A stretch of 64,000 bases of DNA from an uncultured Chloroflexia bacterium (GTDB lineage Bacteria; Chloroflexota; UBA6077; JACCZL01): contig CAVXYC010000032.1 in assembly GCA_963765765.1 (NCBI GenBank), positions 64,001-128,000 of the forward strand, given 5' to 3'. A program made the translations under genes and the position numbers. The number at the start of each line of letters is the position of its first letter. The first letter of the stretch is position 1. A model generated the notes under the pieces. The model had not been told where the DNA came from and did no database searches. It saw only the letters and a program-made list of their open reading frames with translations. Shown here one piece after another: positions 51,652 through 63,830 of the stretch.

Positions 51652-52941
51652 TTACGTCGGCGTATCGTCCGTCACGAGCTGATCCAGTCGGTCTACCAGC
51701 TCTTTCGGGGTCTTCATGTATTCCAGGATCATCTCGGTGGTTTTTTCGCCGGTGACAGGAGCTAGCTCGCGCTCGATGTCGAGTTGGCGGGCCTCGGCGA
51801 TGAACTGCGGATCGGCATAGGTGTTCGATAACGCCGCGCGGAGCGTTGCCGTGATGTTCTGAGGCGTCTCCGGCGGAGCCACCAGCGGTCTCCCCCACTC
51901 GTACGGCTTCGTAACGATCGCCAGAAGCTGCTTGGATTCGGCACTCTTGCTGGCAAAAAGATCGTCAGCGGTGGGCGTCCTGGCCAGGAGCGGGTCGTCC
52001 GGCTTGCGGCCCAGGGCAATGACTGGAACCATCGTGCCGCTGCGGATGTTGTCGCCCATTTGCCGAACCATGGACTCCCACGGCGCCAGAATCCCGTCCA
52101 CCTCACCGCGCTCAATGGCCAGGAGACGCGCATTGGTGCCCTCGTAACCAAAGATCGACTTGAGCTTCCAGCCAAGTCCGTCATTGATCACGACCTGGGG
52201 GATATGGGCAGAGCTGCCGGCGTCAGTGCCTGCCATGAGCACCTGCTTGGCCTCCAGCACCTGCAGGTTATCGAGGTTAGCGCCCGAGCGTTGGTGGATC
52301 AGGATAACCTGATTCACGGGTGTCGCCGTTCCCAGCCAGGTCATCTTTGTCACATCGTAGCGGACACCCTCGTTGGGACCTTCGCCTCGGAGCTGGAAAT
52401 TCGGGATGGCCCTATCGATGGCTCCAATGGTCAAGCCATCTGGTCGTGACTGATAGATGTGATTCGTCGCCACGCGGTGCGCAGCGCCCGGCATATTCTG
52501 AACGATGACATTGGGCTGCCCCGGAAGATGGCGCTGGAGATGACGACTTATCAGTCGAGAGATCGTGTCATTCGATCCACCGGCGGCGTCCCCAGCCACA
52601 ATTGTCAGAGTCTTGCCCTGCCAGACCGGAGCGAGACTCTGATCCACGCTGGAGGTCGGCTTGGTCTGCGCCGCGCCCGATGACGCCGCGGGACTGGCCG
52701 CCGGGGAAGCCGCCGGTGACGCGGCTGGCGATGCGGCCGGCTTTGCAGCCGCGGCGGGAGAGGCCGCCGGAGCTGATGCTGATGTGGTCGGTTTGGCTGG
52801 TGCGGCGGTTGGGCTGCTCGGAGCGGTCGGTGAACAGCCCGTCAGAGCCACCAACATGGAGAGGACAAGTACGCTCGGGAGTGAGAGGTGCGCGGACCCC
52901 GAAACGCGGAACGCGGGCTGGCGGATAATACTCAGATTCAT
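51652..52941 (-). CDS. Tripartite tricarboxylate transporter substrate-binding lipoprotein (TctC/Bug)
   Basis: Lipobox LTGC, ASPA-repeat linker, AGGSND, VQNMPGA, PDGLTIG, LAIERGEVDG. Confidence 0.88.
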   Translation of the reverse strand: MNLSIIRQPAFRVSGSAHLSLPSVLVLSMLVALTGCSPTAPSSPTAAPAKPTTSASAPAASPAAAAKPAASPAASPAASPAASPAASSGAAQTKPTSSVDQSLAPVWQGKTLTIVAGDAAGGSNDTISRLISRHLQRHLPGQPNVIVQNMPGAAHRVATNHIYQSRPDGLTIGAIDRAIPNFQLRGEGPNEGVRYDVTKMTWLGTATPVNQVILIHQRSGANLDNLQVLEAKQVLMAGTDAGSSAHIPQVVINDGLGWKLKSIFGYEGTNARLLAIERGEVDGILAPWESMVRQMGDNIRSGTMVPVIALGRKPDDPLLARTPTADDLFASKSAESKQLLAIVTKPYEWGRPLVAPPETPQNITATLRAALSNTYADPQFIAEARQLDIERELAPVTGEKTTEMILEYMKTPKELVDRLDQLVTDDTPT

Positions 52942-52950
52942 GCCACTGCC

Positions 52951-54651
52951 CTACGCCGCGCTCATCTGACGCGCCGTGTAGGCCGCGCCGCGCAGGACTT
53001 GACCGGGCAGGTCGCCGCTGAGCCGACCGTCTTCGTTGACAACGGTCCCGTTCACGATCGTGTAGTGCATGCCCTCGGCACGTTGCGCCAGTCGGCGAGT
53101 ATTCGCGGGGTAATCCTCAACCCACTCAGGCTCGCAAGCGTTGACGGTACTCGCGTCGAAGATGGCGATGTCGGCTGAGTAGCCCGCTCGAAGCAGTCCT
53201 CGACCTTGCAATCCATAGACAGACGCAACCTCAAACGAGAGCTTCTGCACGGCGCGTTCCAGCGTCAGCGCACCACGCTCTCGCACCCAGAGACCAAGTA
53301 GGGTAGTGCCATAGCCAAACGCCGCGTCGAACTGAACGTGTGCTCCCGCGTCAGATGTCCCTACCAACAGATACGGACTATTCAGAATGGTGGCCGCTGC
53401 CTCTGGATCAGCGCCCGTGTTGGTGGTCCAGAACGTCGTTTCGAGATCGTCTTCCAGGGAGAGATCTAGCAGCGCATCCACCGGGTGCTGACCACGCATC
53501 TCGGCCATCTCCGCCACGCTCTTGTTGAGATATTTCTCGTTCTCAGGTCTCGCCACGTGAACGATTCGAACCAGGTCCCACCGTCGGTGGAACTGCACGT
53601 GACGCTCGGTCTCGAGATCGGCGCGGAGCTTTGCCCGCGTCTCCGGATCTCGGAACTCCTGAATCCGAATGTCCTCGGGGAGGAACATCAAATTCTTCCA
53701 GGTGGGGAACTCGTCGAATCGCTGGCTATTTTTCAAATTGAAGCGCTGAACGATTGGAACGGTGTTGCTCATCCCGTAGGTCCGATAACCATCTCGGAAG
53801 CTTCGGGAAAGCTCTTCGAGCTGTGCCTTCCAGAGATCCGGCTCTTTCACGAGGTCACGCACCGTTTGTCCTACGATAGGTCTTCCAGTGCGTCTCGCCA
53901 GCTCATGCTTCCAGGCCATGTGCTCGATCTTGGCAAGCCCCAAACCCATCTGCACGGTGCCGGCGTTGAGCTCTGTCAGCACGTCGCACAGGCGAAAAAG
54001 CTCATCGTCATTGGCCAGACGACTGGCAATCGGCCGCCCGTCCTCGCGGGAGTGGCGATCATTGCGGTTGGAAGAGATTCCCAACGCACCACCCTGAAGT
54101 GACTGCGCCACGAGCTCACGCATGTTCTCGATCTCGGCGTCGGTCGCATTGCGCTCGATCGCCTCGGCACCCATCACATAGTGGCGAATGGGAATGTGTC
54201 CCACAAGGCCGCCGGCGTTGATGCCCAGTCGACCTTCCAGGTGGTCCAGGTACTCACCGTAGGTGTGCCAGCCCCACGGGACGCCGGCCTCCAAGGCGGG
54301 GCGCGGCATGGCCTCGACTCGGACGAAGCTCTTCACAAGCTCATCGCGGTCGGCATCCTTCACCGGCGCCAGCGCCAGCGCACAGTTGCCCATGACGACT
54401 GAGGTCACGCCATGCATGGGCTCCGACGTGCCGTACGGGTCCCAGAAGAGTTGTGCATCCAGGTGCGTGTGATGGTCGATGAACCCCGGAGAGACCGTCA
54501 GACCATCGGCATCGATGGTGCGGCTGGCCGACTCTGAGAGCCGTCCGATCTCCACGACTTTTCCGTCGCGTACACCCACATCGCTTCGAAAGCCCGGCAT
54601 TCCCGAGCCGTCCACAACGGTTCCACCGCGTATCAGCAGATCAAAGGACAT
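52951..54651 (-). CDS. N-acyl-D-amino-acid deacylase family amidohydrolase
   Basis: DLLIRGGTVVDGSG, PGFIDHHTHLD, HGVTSVVMGNC, SDAGAH; GGAGG RBS. Confidence 0.9.
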   Translation of the reverse strand: MSFDLLIRGGTVVDGSGMPGFRSDVGVRDGKVVEIGRLSESASRTIDADGLTVSPGFIDHHTHLDAQLFWDPYGTSEPMHGVTSVVMGNCALALAPVKDADRDELVKSFVRVEAMPRPALEAGVPWGWHTYGEYLDHLEGRLGINAGGLVGHIPIRHYVMGAEAIERNATDAEIENMRELVAQSLQGGALGISSNRNDRHSREDGRPIASRLANDDELFRLCDVLTELNAGTVQMGLGLAKIEHMAWKHELARRTGRPIVGQTVRDLVKEPDLWKAQLEELSRSFRDGYRTYGMSNTVPIVQRFNLKNSQRFDEFPTWKNLMFLPEDIRIQEFRDPETRAKLRADLETERHVQFHRRWDLVRIVHVARPENEKYLNKSVAEMAEMRGQHPVDALLDLSLEDDLETTFWTTNTGADPEAAATILNSPYLLVGTSDAGAHVQFDAAFGYGTTLLGLWVRERGALTLERAVQKLSFEVASVYGLQGRGLLRAGYSADIAIFDASTVNACEPEWVEDYPANTRRLAQRAEGMHYTIVNGTVVNEDGRLSGDLPGQVLRGAAYTARQMSAA

Positions 54652-55039
54652 GTCACCTCCCACGCTGGACGATGGCCACACCCGACGGGCGCTCCGCGGC
54701 TGAGCATAGCAGCGGTCCGGTGTGCCTGGCAATCAGCCTGATGAGGGGTCCAGCGAGGCGCTGCGCCCTGGCCTCGATAGATGGGCGATTGACACTCTGC
54801 ATGTCGGCCGCTTGACATGCCTCACCGGAGCGCCGACCTATATTTGGAGTAGGACTGGAGTCACCGAAGCGGCCTGACAGGGTTTCATCGCGTTAAGACG
54901 CTCGCTTCCGACACCCAGATCTCTCCAGACCGCGAAGAGAGAACGCGACGGACGATAGATTGGAGCTCACCATCAACGTGAACGCGCCGGTCGATTACTC
55001 GGGCTAAGAACAGTCGCGCCCCCTGAAAAGGAGCGGGCC

Positions 55040-55758
55040 ATGACGAAGCAAGCCATTCAGTTGATGTCATTCGCGAGCGCCGTGGCGCTACTTGGACAGA
55101 TAGGCGTCACCGACCCATTGAGCTCTGCCTGGCAGGTGAATATCCAATCGGTGCTGGCAGCCGATGAACCGTCAAATTCGGAGCGAGCTACTGTGGCACA
55201 CCCGACGGCCACCTCGACGCCACGGGCGATTGCCATAACCAAGAAGGTGGAAGTCCAACCGCTTGCAGGCTCAGGCTCCGATGCAAGTGAGAGCTCAAGT
55301 TGACCAGTCACGAGACGTAGAGCGGCGGCGGACTCCGACGTCAACCCCTAGCATCAACGCTGTGGCGGCCGACAAGTCGGCCGGGAGCGCTCTGTCCGAG
55401 TCCTCAAGGCCCCATTGTCCCAATGGACGCCCCGTTTCCGCCCCTGCTCGCAGGTGTCGAGCCGCATGGCTGGTACGCCGACATTACCGTCAACACCACC
55501 GAGCCGGCCTATCATGCTCTGGCGGTGTGCTTCCAGGGTCAGCCGAACTCCGTCGATCCCGCGGATTTCAACCAAGTGTGTAACGATTTCGCCTACGCCT
55601 CTCTAGGCAGCGGCCAGAAGGAGACTCAGAGAACGTTCCATGCGGACGGCCTGAAGCCGGGCACCCCATATATCTACGCCGCTCTGGCCAGCTACGATAC
55701 CGGGCAGGAGATGACTTCGGCTCCATTCAGCACTCCTCGTGCGCCCACGCCGGGGTGA
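55040..55758 (+). CDS. Secreted protein with FN3-like C-terminal region, frameshifted and chimeric at the 3' end
   Basis: AGGAG RBS, signal-like start, T/P linker, DGLKPGTPYIY FN3-like motif. Confidence 0.45.
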
Positions 55759-56007
55759 TCAACTCCGTTCGCCAGGTGCAGCGCAGCTCGGGCATCGACA
55801 AGGTGCACGCCATCGTGGGGGGCTGGCATCTGGTGGGCGCGGGCCAGCCGCGTGGCAGAGACCATTGATGCCTTCAAGGAGATTGACCGGGACTACATCC
55901 TCCCCATGCATTGCGCCGGCTTCGACACGATGGCCCAGCTGCGGCGGGAGCTGCCGGAGGGCTGCTGCTCCCATCGACCGGGGACCCGCGTAGTGTTCGG
56001 AGCTTAG
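55737..56007 (+). pseudogene. C-terminal fragment of an MBL-fold metallo-hydrolase
   Basis: SCAHAGVINSVRQ...VHAIVGGWHL...ILPMHCAG...TRVVFGA*. Confidence 0.7.
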
Positions 56008-56342
56008 TCTGGTCTGAAAATAGCCTCCCGTCCCGGGTTCGGGCCCTCTTTTCATGCGGCGGTGGTGCCCGCGCGGGTATGAGATCTCAGAAACGGCGAG
56101 CACGTAAAGATGCGCTCACCGGGCCGTGGTGGTTATCTGCAGCCCCGCAGCGTCCGCAATCGGAGTCGCAGCTCCTGGCCTATCTGACGCAGGCCATCGT
56201 CACGCGCCCCGTCGAGGGTGGTGCTCCCTGAGCCGAGTTCCACCTATTGATCGGGGGGTGCCCGTCGGCGTGACCACCTGTCGGCAAGCCGACACTTGAG
56301 CTAACTTAAAGAGATTGTTGCTTGTTATTGGGGAATAGCCGC

Positions 56343-56407
56343 CTATAGTGCCAGTGGCGCAGATGCGGTGAACTGTCTATAGTGCCAGTGGCGCAGATGC
56401 GGTGAAC
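56343..56407. repeat. Tandem duplication, 31 bp identical with 34-bp period
   Basis: CTATAGTGCCAGTGGCGCAGATGCGGTGAAC at 56343 and 56377. Confidence 0.9.
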
Positions 56408-56582
56408 CGTCGCGCGCCCGGATGCGCTGCGCGAACGGTGGTGAGACGGCTACAGATCAGGACACTCGGCACCGGGCGCTGAGGTCGTCTGGCACTTCCG
56501 CTGATGTTCAGTTGGGTGCATTGTGGCTCGGGCTGCGGCCGCACGCGGCGGTTCGCGGCGCCCATCGGGGGCGTTCTGGCAC

Positions 56583-59500
56583 ATGATAGCTGAGCAGGGC
56601 GACTGGCCAGCGCTGCCGCACCAGGAGCGCGTCGTGCCCCGATCCGCCACCGCCGGCACGTACCAGGCCGGTCGCACGCCGTTTGTCGGTCGCGGGCCGG
56701 AGCTGGCCGCACTGCGCGAGCGGCTGGCGGCGGCCGGCCACGGCGCGGGGGCGGTCGTGCTGCTGGCGGGCGAGCCGGGCATCGGGAAGACGCGGACGGC
56801 CGAGGAGTTCGCGACCGTGGCCGAGGAGCACGGCGCCGCGGTCCTGTGGGGCCGCTGCCTGGAGGGGGAGGGCGCCCCGCCCTTCTGGCCCTGGATCCAG
56901 ATCCTCCGCTCCCACGCCCGTGACTGCGATCCCGCGATCCTGCGCGCCGAGCTGGGTACCGGCGGCGCTGACCTCGCCCAGATCGCGCCGCTCCTGCGCG
57001 AGCGCGTGCCGGACCTGCCCCCGCTCCCCACCGCCGCGCCGGACCCCAGCCGCTTCCGCCTGTTCGACGCCGTCACCACGTTCCTCAGGAACGTCGCCGC
57101 AGCGCGACGCTCGTCCTCGTCCTGGACGACCTGCATCGGGCCGATGCGCCCTCGCTGCGCCTGCTGGAATGGGTCGCGCGCGAGCTGAACGCCGCGCGCC
57201 TCACGTCCGGCGGGCCGCGGGTGTTGCTGGTGGGGGCCTACCGTGATACCGAGATTGGCGACGGCCACCCCTTCACCGCCACGCTCACCGAGCTGGCGCG
57301 GCTTCCGGCGGCGAACGGCTGGAGTCTGACGGGACTGAGCGAGGCGGAGGTGACCCGCGTGATCGCTCTCGCCGCTGAGCGGACGCCGGATCCACGCCTG
57401 GCGCGGGCGGTCTACGCCCAGACGGAAGGACACCCCTTCTTCCTGGTGGAGGTGCTGCGGCTGCTGGCGACGGAAGGGTCACTGGACGGCACTGTGCCGC
57501 GGCCGGGACATCGCCGTCCGTCCACCGTGCGCGCTGCGATTGGCCAGCGGCTGGAGCGCCTCACGCCGGAGGGGCGACGGCTGCTGACCGCCGCAAGCGT
57601 CGAGGGTCGGGAGTTTGGCCTGGGTGTGCTCGGCCTGGTGGGCGAGCCGGAGCCGGACCGGCTGCTCGAGCTCATCTCCGAGGCGGAGGCAGCGGGGGTG
57701 ATCGTGGCGGTCGCAGACACCCTCGACCGCTACCGCTTCGCCCATGCCCTCGTGCGCGATGCCCTGTACACCGGGTTGCCCCCTTCCGCCGGGTGCGGCT
57801 GCACCGCCAGGTGGGGGAGGGGCTGGAGCGGCTGACCGCCGCGCACCCGGATCCGCCCCTGGCCGAGCTGGCGTACCACTTCGTCCAGGCCGCGGTCGGC
57901 GGCGGCGCGGACCGGGCCGTCGACTACGCACGCCGTGCCGCGGAGCGGGCGCTGGCGATCTCCGCCTTCGAAGAGGCGGTGCGCCACGACGAGCTGGCGC
58001 TGCGCGTGCTCGATGTGCAGGCGCCGCAGGACGTGGGGACGCAGCGTGCGCTACGCTGTGAGCTGCTGCTCGCCCTCGCGCAGGCGCAGATCCTGTCCGG
58101 GTGGTTCGGCGCCGCCCGGGAGCATGTGTTCCAGGCGGCCACCCTCGCCCGACAGCCTGCGGCTGCCGGAGCCGCTGGCCCGCGCCGCCATGGCCCTGGT
58201 ACAGCCGTATCCGTTGCCGGGCTTCGTCGATCCACCGGTCATCGCCTTGCTCGAGGAGGCGCTCGACCTGCTCAGGGAGGAGGAGAGCGCGACCCGCGCC
58301 CGCGTGATGGCCACGCTGGCCAAGGCGCTGTACTCGGTCACCGACCAGGCCGCGCAGCGCATGGCGCTGGGCGAAGGGGCGGTCGCCATCGCGCGGCGGC
58401 TGGGTGAGCCGCCGGTGCTGCTGGACGTGCTGGCGAGTGTACCCTGGGCATGGGTGGGGCCGGCGTACCTGCCCGAACGGCTGGCCATCATTACCGAGTT
58501 GGTCGATCGGGCCGATGCGGCCGGCCGCCCCGACCTGGCCTTCCTCGGGCGCATGTTTCGCATGTCGGAGCTGGTGGCGCTCGGGAACATGGCGGCGCTG
58601 GACCGCGACATTGCCGCTGCCGAGCGGCTGGCGGCCGAGCTGCGACAGCTCTACGCGTTCATGACGCTCCACACCGTTCAGATTATGCGCGCGAACCTCA
58701 GCGGCCGATTCGCGGAGGCAAAGCGCCTGATCGACGAGGCGGAGTCTCGCGCCGGGCCCTTCCAGGAGCCCACGGTGGCGACCGCCAGACTGCTGGTGAC
58801 GCTGCCCGTGTATCTGACGGAGAACCGCGACCGCGAGCTGCTGGAGCACGTCGAGCGCGTGCTCGCCCTGGGGATCACGCCGCGGCACCCCGGCCTGCGG
58901 TGCGTGCGCCTGCTCGCCCTCACGCGGCTGGGCCTTGACCGCGACGCGAGCGGGCCGAGCTTCGATGACCTTGCCGCCGCGGGCTTCCGTGACCTGCCGC
59001 CGGACTACACCACGCTCTTCTGCCTCGCCGTCCTGGCCGAGGTCTGTGCCGGATACGGGGACCGGGAGCGCGCCGCCGCGCTCTACGCGCTGCTGCTGCC
59101 GCATGCCGAGCGGGCTGTCTCCTACGGAGTCATCATCTGTCTTGGTGCGGCGGCACGTTACCTGGGCCTGCTCGCCGCGACCCTCGGTCACTGGGACGAC
59201 GCCGCGCGCCATTTCGAGGACGCCCTGGCGCAGAACGCCGCCATGGGCGCCCACCCGTTCCTGGCGCAGACGCAGCACGACTACGCGGCGCTGCTGCTCC
59301 GGTGGGGTGCTGCACCGGGCACGACGGAGGCCGAGCGGGCCGTGCGCGGCGAGCGGGCGCGGGATCTCGTCATCCGGGCGCTGGCCACCGCGACAGAGCT
59401 GGGCATGAGCCAGCTCGCCGACGACTGCCACCAGGTGCTGGCGGGTATGACCGCGGCCCGGAGCGGCCGGCCCGCGCCCGTCGCCCAGCGGCTGGCGGTC

Positions 59501-59695
59501 CCGGACGCGCTCAGCCCCCGTGAGGTCGAGGTGCTGCGCCTGCTGGCGCGTGGCCTGAGCAACAAGGAGATGGCGGCGGCACTGGTGGTGAGCGTGCGCA
59601 CGGCCGAGCACCACATCGCCGGCCTCTACCCCAAGATCGGCGCCCACAACCGCGCCGAGGCCACCGCCTACGCGCTGCGCCACGGGCTGACGTAG
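56583..59695 (+). CDS. Large ATP-binding LuxR regulator (AAA-ATPase + TPR + LuxR HTH), frameshifted
   Basis: FVGRGPEL, GEPGIGKT, LDDLH, YRFAHALVRDALY, LSPREVEVLRLLARGLSNKEMA. Confidence 0.88.
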
Positions 59696-60080
59696 CCCCG
59701 ACGCCCGTGCCGCTCGGTCATCCTCGTGGACGAGCGCGCCGCCGTGGTAATCCGCTTGCGCCGTTGCGTTCCTGGGATCGCGGCCACGTCGGAGCCCCAC
59801 GCCCGTGGGCGACGGGGCAAGGCGGGACGCCGGCGGCGTCCGACGCGGTGCCCGCGCCCAGCCCTGCGAATTAGGTAGTCAACCCGTAGTTCTACCCATG
59901 TGCGCTCCCCGGCCATCTGCGAGTATGACGGTGTCGGGGGCGCTGTCGGATGCGGGCGGCTACGGCCGTCCCACCCGCGGCCCCCCCGGCCTTGCGCCGG
60001 GACAGGCGCGCGAAGCGAGAACGAGGTCAGAACAGAGCGCCGTCGCGACCGGCACGAGCTGCCGGCGAAAGGAGCAGGCT

Positions 60081-61416
60081 ATGATCGGGTTCCCCAGCAC
60101 GACCGGTTCACGGCGCCCGCGCACCGCGCGCACGGTGGGGCTCGGCGCCCTTCTCATGGTCGGGCTGCTGCTCGTCCCCGCGCCGGCCCCGCGCCGGCGC
60201 AGACAGGCACCCAGGTCACCTTCAACTACACGGGTGGCGAACAAACCTGGCAGGTGCCCGCCGGAGTCACCACAGGCCACCTTCGACGTGCGGGGCGCCG
60301 AGGGCGGTCCTGTCAGTAGGCTCGTTACGATCCTGATCTTCACGGCGCACCGGGAGGTCGGGCAGTCGCCACGCTCCCGGTCACGCCGGGCGACACGGTC
60401 CACCTCTTCGTGGGCGGGGCCGGGAAGTTCGGGGTCGATTACCCCGGTGACTTACTGTGACCCAGAAGAGTGCTGCGTATGGCCAGCCGGGGGCGGGCGG
60501 CTTCAACGGTGGGAGCAGTGGGGGCTCTGGTTGTGCAATGTTGGGGTATTCTGACTTCTTCTGCCTGTCGGGCGGCGGGGGCGGCGGCGCCTCGGATGTC
60601 CGCGTCGGCGGCACGGCCCGGAGTAACCGGGTGCTGGTGGCCGGTGGGGGGGGCGGCACCGGCGGCTGGGGGGACCCCGGCGGCAGCGGGGGCGGGCTCA
60701 CCGGCGGACCGGGGGGGCCTGTGCCTACTATGGTGGCGCGGGCGGCACCCAGGACGGCCCCGGCGGGGGCGGTGGCTATGTGGCCTGCGAATCCGACGGC
60801 CGCTATTGTGGCGGCGGTGTCGGCGGTGGCGGTGGCGGCTACTGGGGCGGCGGGGGTGGCGGTCAGTAGCGGAAGCGGTGGGGGGGGCTCCGGCTTCGGG
60901 CCGCTGGGAGTCGTCTTCGCCAACGGGTTCCGGGCCGGCCACGGGCAGATCATCATCACCTACCCCGACCTGAATACGCCCGTCCCGACCACGCCAACGC
61001 CCACCGGGACACCGGGTACAGCGCCAAGCGATACCCCGACGCCGAGTCCCACGGCGATCCCAAGTACCACCCCGACTCCGAGCGCTACCGCGTCACCGAG
61101 CAACACGCCGATACCCAGTAACACTCCAACGCCGACGGCGCCATCCGCGACCCCGACGAACACGCCCACGACGATACCGACCAGCACCCCGACGCTCGAC
61201 GGCGACGAACACGCCCACCCTGACACCGAGTCCCCAGCCCACGGCCATGCCGACGGCTACGGTCTGCACGCCACCGTCCGCGAAGCGGTGTAAAGCCCCC
61301 GTGTCTTCCGCGCTGCGCAATACCAGTAGCGCCATCCTCGGCAGAACCGGGTGAACCGAGTGGCAGCAGGCAACGAGACCAACAACAAGGCCGAGGTCGT
61401 CATCGTGATGCAGTAG
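60081..61416 (+). CDS. Secreted glycine-rich protein with PT-rich linker, multiply frameshifted
   Basis: AAGGAG RBS; TFNYTGGEQTWQVPAGVT, GGGGGASDVR, VLVAGGGGG, GHGQIIITY, TP repeats. Confidence 0.65.
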
Positions 61417-61600
61417 GCGCGTCTCCCCTCGTGGGCACGTGGGGTGTACGACGGGATGACGGGAGAGGAGGCCGGTAGGCCTATGTCCGAACAGATGGTG
61501 AGCCGCCGACTTCGGCCTGGCCCCAAGGTCGGCGGCGCTGGTTTCCGCGCGGCGGGAACGCGGATGGTCTGCACGCATACCCGGTGCAATGGGAGATATC

Positions 61601-61835
61601 ATGCCCCAACGTTTGTTTCAGATCGCAGTGCTCAGCATCCTCACGTGCGCCCTGGTGCTCGGTGGCGGCGCCACCGGCCCCGACGCCGTCCACTCCGATG
61701 GGCTTGCTTCCCTCCTAGCCCGGCTCGGGGCGGGCCCGAGCGAGGCGAGCGCCCAGCCCGAGTTGGTCTCGACGATCGTCTTCACCAGCACGCGCAGCGA
61801 TCCGGGCTGCGGTCTCCGCTGCACCGCAGCTAGTG
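61601..61835 (+). pseudogene. Truncated secreted protein (TolB-like start)
   Basis: GGAG RBS, signal-like N-terminus, STIVFTSTR, then runs into the convergent gene. Confidence 0.35.
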
Positions 61836-61839
61836 TCGG

Positions 61840-63612
61840 TTACGTGGCCGGGACCGCCTTGATGTACTCCACGTGCGTCCAGGTGCCGGAGATGGAGCCG
61901 GGAACGTGTAACCGTCCACGAAATTGGGGTTCACGATGCCCTGTGCCGTCGTCCAGAAGAGCGGGATGTTGGTGTGGTGGGTGAACATGATCTCACCAAT
62001 CTCCTGGTAGATCTTCTCCTGCTGCTGGTCGTCCAGGGTTGCCCGGAGCTGGCCGAAGAGTCGATCGATCTCCGGATTGAACGGGTAGAGCGCTTGCACG
62101 GTGCCCTGGTAGCTGATGGTGTAGAAGACCCAGAGCGCGAGATACAGGCTGGAGCTCGGTGTTCCGCATGCGGAAGTGGTTGTTGTAGGCCCGTGCGCGA
62201 GCCTGACTATCGATGCTGTTGGCATCGGCGGGATCCAGTGTGACGTCAACGCCAACCTGGCGCCAGAATTCGCCGATCGATTCGAGGATATCGCCTTCGT
62301 AGCCCTCCAGGCCGCCCACCGCGGTCAGGAGAATGTTCGTCTTGAGCGGATTGCTGGGGGTGTAGCCAGCCTCGGCCAATAAGGCGCGCGCCGCCGCGGG
62401 GTCGTAGCCGTACTCATCTTGAAACCGTGTCTGCCAGTCTGGTCTCCAGCCGGGAAGCTTGGGATGGTAATGCACCGGTGCATAGCTCTCGCCCTTGCCG
62501 CCGAGGAAAGCCGTATTGAGCTGGTCTCGATTAATCGCCTTGTCCAGCGCCTTCCGAACACGCACGTCCGCCAGCGGAGAATCCAGGGTGCCGGAGTTGA
62601 TGTCCTTCCAGTCCCTGATGATCCCGCCGTAAGTGTGGAGGACGTTGCGCACGCCCGGGACGGTAGCGGTGACGATCTTCTGGCCACGTCCCTCGGCCTG
62701 CTTGAGCAAATCCTCAGGGAGGCTGGTCACGTGCACTTCACCAGCCAGCAGGCTGGCCATGCGCGTGGATGGCTCCTTTGAGAAACGGAACTCAAACTCG
62801 GGGAAGTCGGGCATCACGCGCCAGTGCTGCCATGGCACTCGCTCGAAACGGATGTACTGGCTCTGCTGACGGTCTTTGTACTGGTACGGGCCCGTCCCAG
62901 CAATAGGCTTGGTCTGCATGGTGGGGGCGCCGTTTTTCTCGAACCAGGCTTTACTACGAATCTCGAATCCGCCCTCGTTCTCGGAGTGTGCCCGGATGAA
63001 GTTAGCGTCAGGCCGGCTCAGGTGGAAGATCACCTCATAGTCGTTGACGATCTCGATCTGTTTGGTGACTTCCTCGTAGTACGCCTTCTGCCCGTGCAAC
63101 GAGTCGGGCAGAATGAGCTGATCGCGCGAGAACACCACGTCCTGGGCGGTGAACTCGCCGCCGCCATCGTGGAATTGGACGCCCTTGCGCAGCTTGAAGC
63201 GGACGGACGGCCCGCTCGGGTTGACCTCCCATTCGGTCGCGAGCTGGGGAATGAGCTTGCCGGTCTGTGGGTCCACGCCAACGAGGTACTCGTACATGGG
63301 GCGAAGCTCCCAGACGTCCGGCATCCCGTGATGGCGCAGGTCGTTCGACTCTCGCCCAGGCGCTTGTACAGCCATGACGAGCCGATCAACTTTGGGCTTG
63401 ACTGGCTGAGCACTTGTCGGCGCGGCCGCGTCCGACTTGGCAGCCGGAGCGGCGGCTTCCGTCTTAGCAGCCGGAGCACTCGTCGGGGGCGCCGCCGCGG
63501 TCGTCGCCGCCGGCTTGGCGGGCGAGGGTGTGGGCGAGCTACATGCTAATGCGAACGCGGCAAGAGTCAGCGTGGAAATGACGGTCGTGACCCGTCGCGG
63601 CCAGTGAACCAT
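61840..63612 (-). CDS. ABC transporter family-5 substrate-binding lipoprotein, frameshifted near the C-terminus
   Basis: Lipobox ALAC, PQLATEW, FKLRKGVQFHDG, GTGPY, DVRVRKAL, YDPAAARALLAEAGY. Confidence 0.88.
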
Positions 63613-63830
63613 GTGGGCACCTCGGTCTGGTGTGGTTTCCGACGCAGTTCGGTGGTAGCACCGGTGGTAGAGACCGTACCGACTCCGCGGCGTACTGTCA
63701 AAGAATTCATCGGAGAGACGTAGCGCGTGCGGCGAGTGCCGGTGACTTTTGCTGGACGCTCACCCCCCGCGGGCGTACGATAGGCCAAACGTCCGGGCTC
63801 GCCGCGCGCCTGGCCGAGGGAGTTTTCTTC

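Noticed and set aside
56343-56407. Mini CRISPR array
   Set aside because: Only two units with a 3-nt spacer and no cas genes.
57479-59800. 773-aa minus-strand ORF
   Set aside because: Antisense shadow of the LuxR ATPase with no recognisable motifs.
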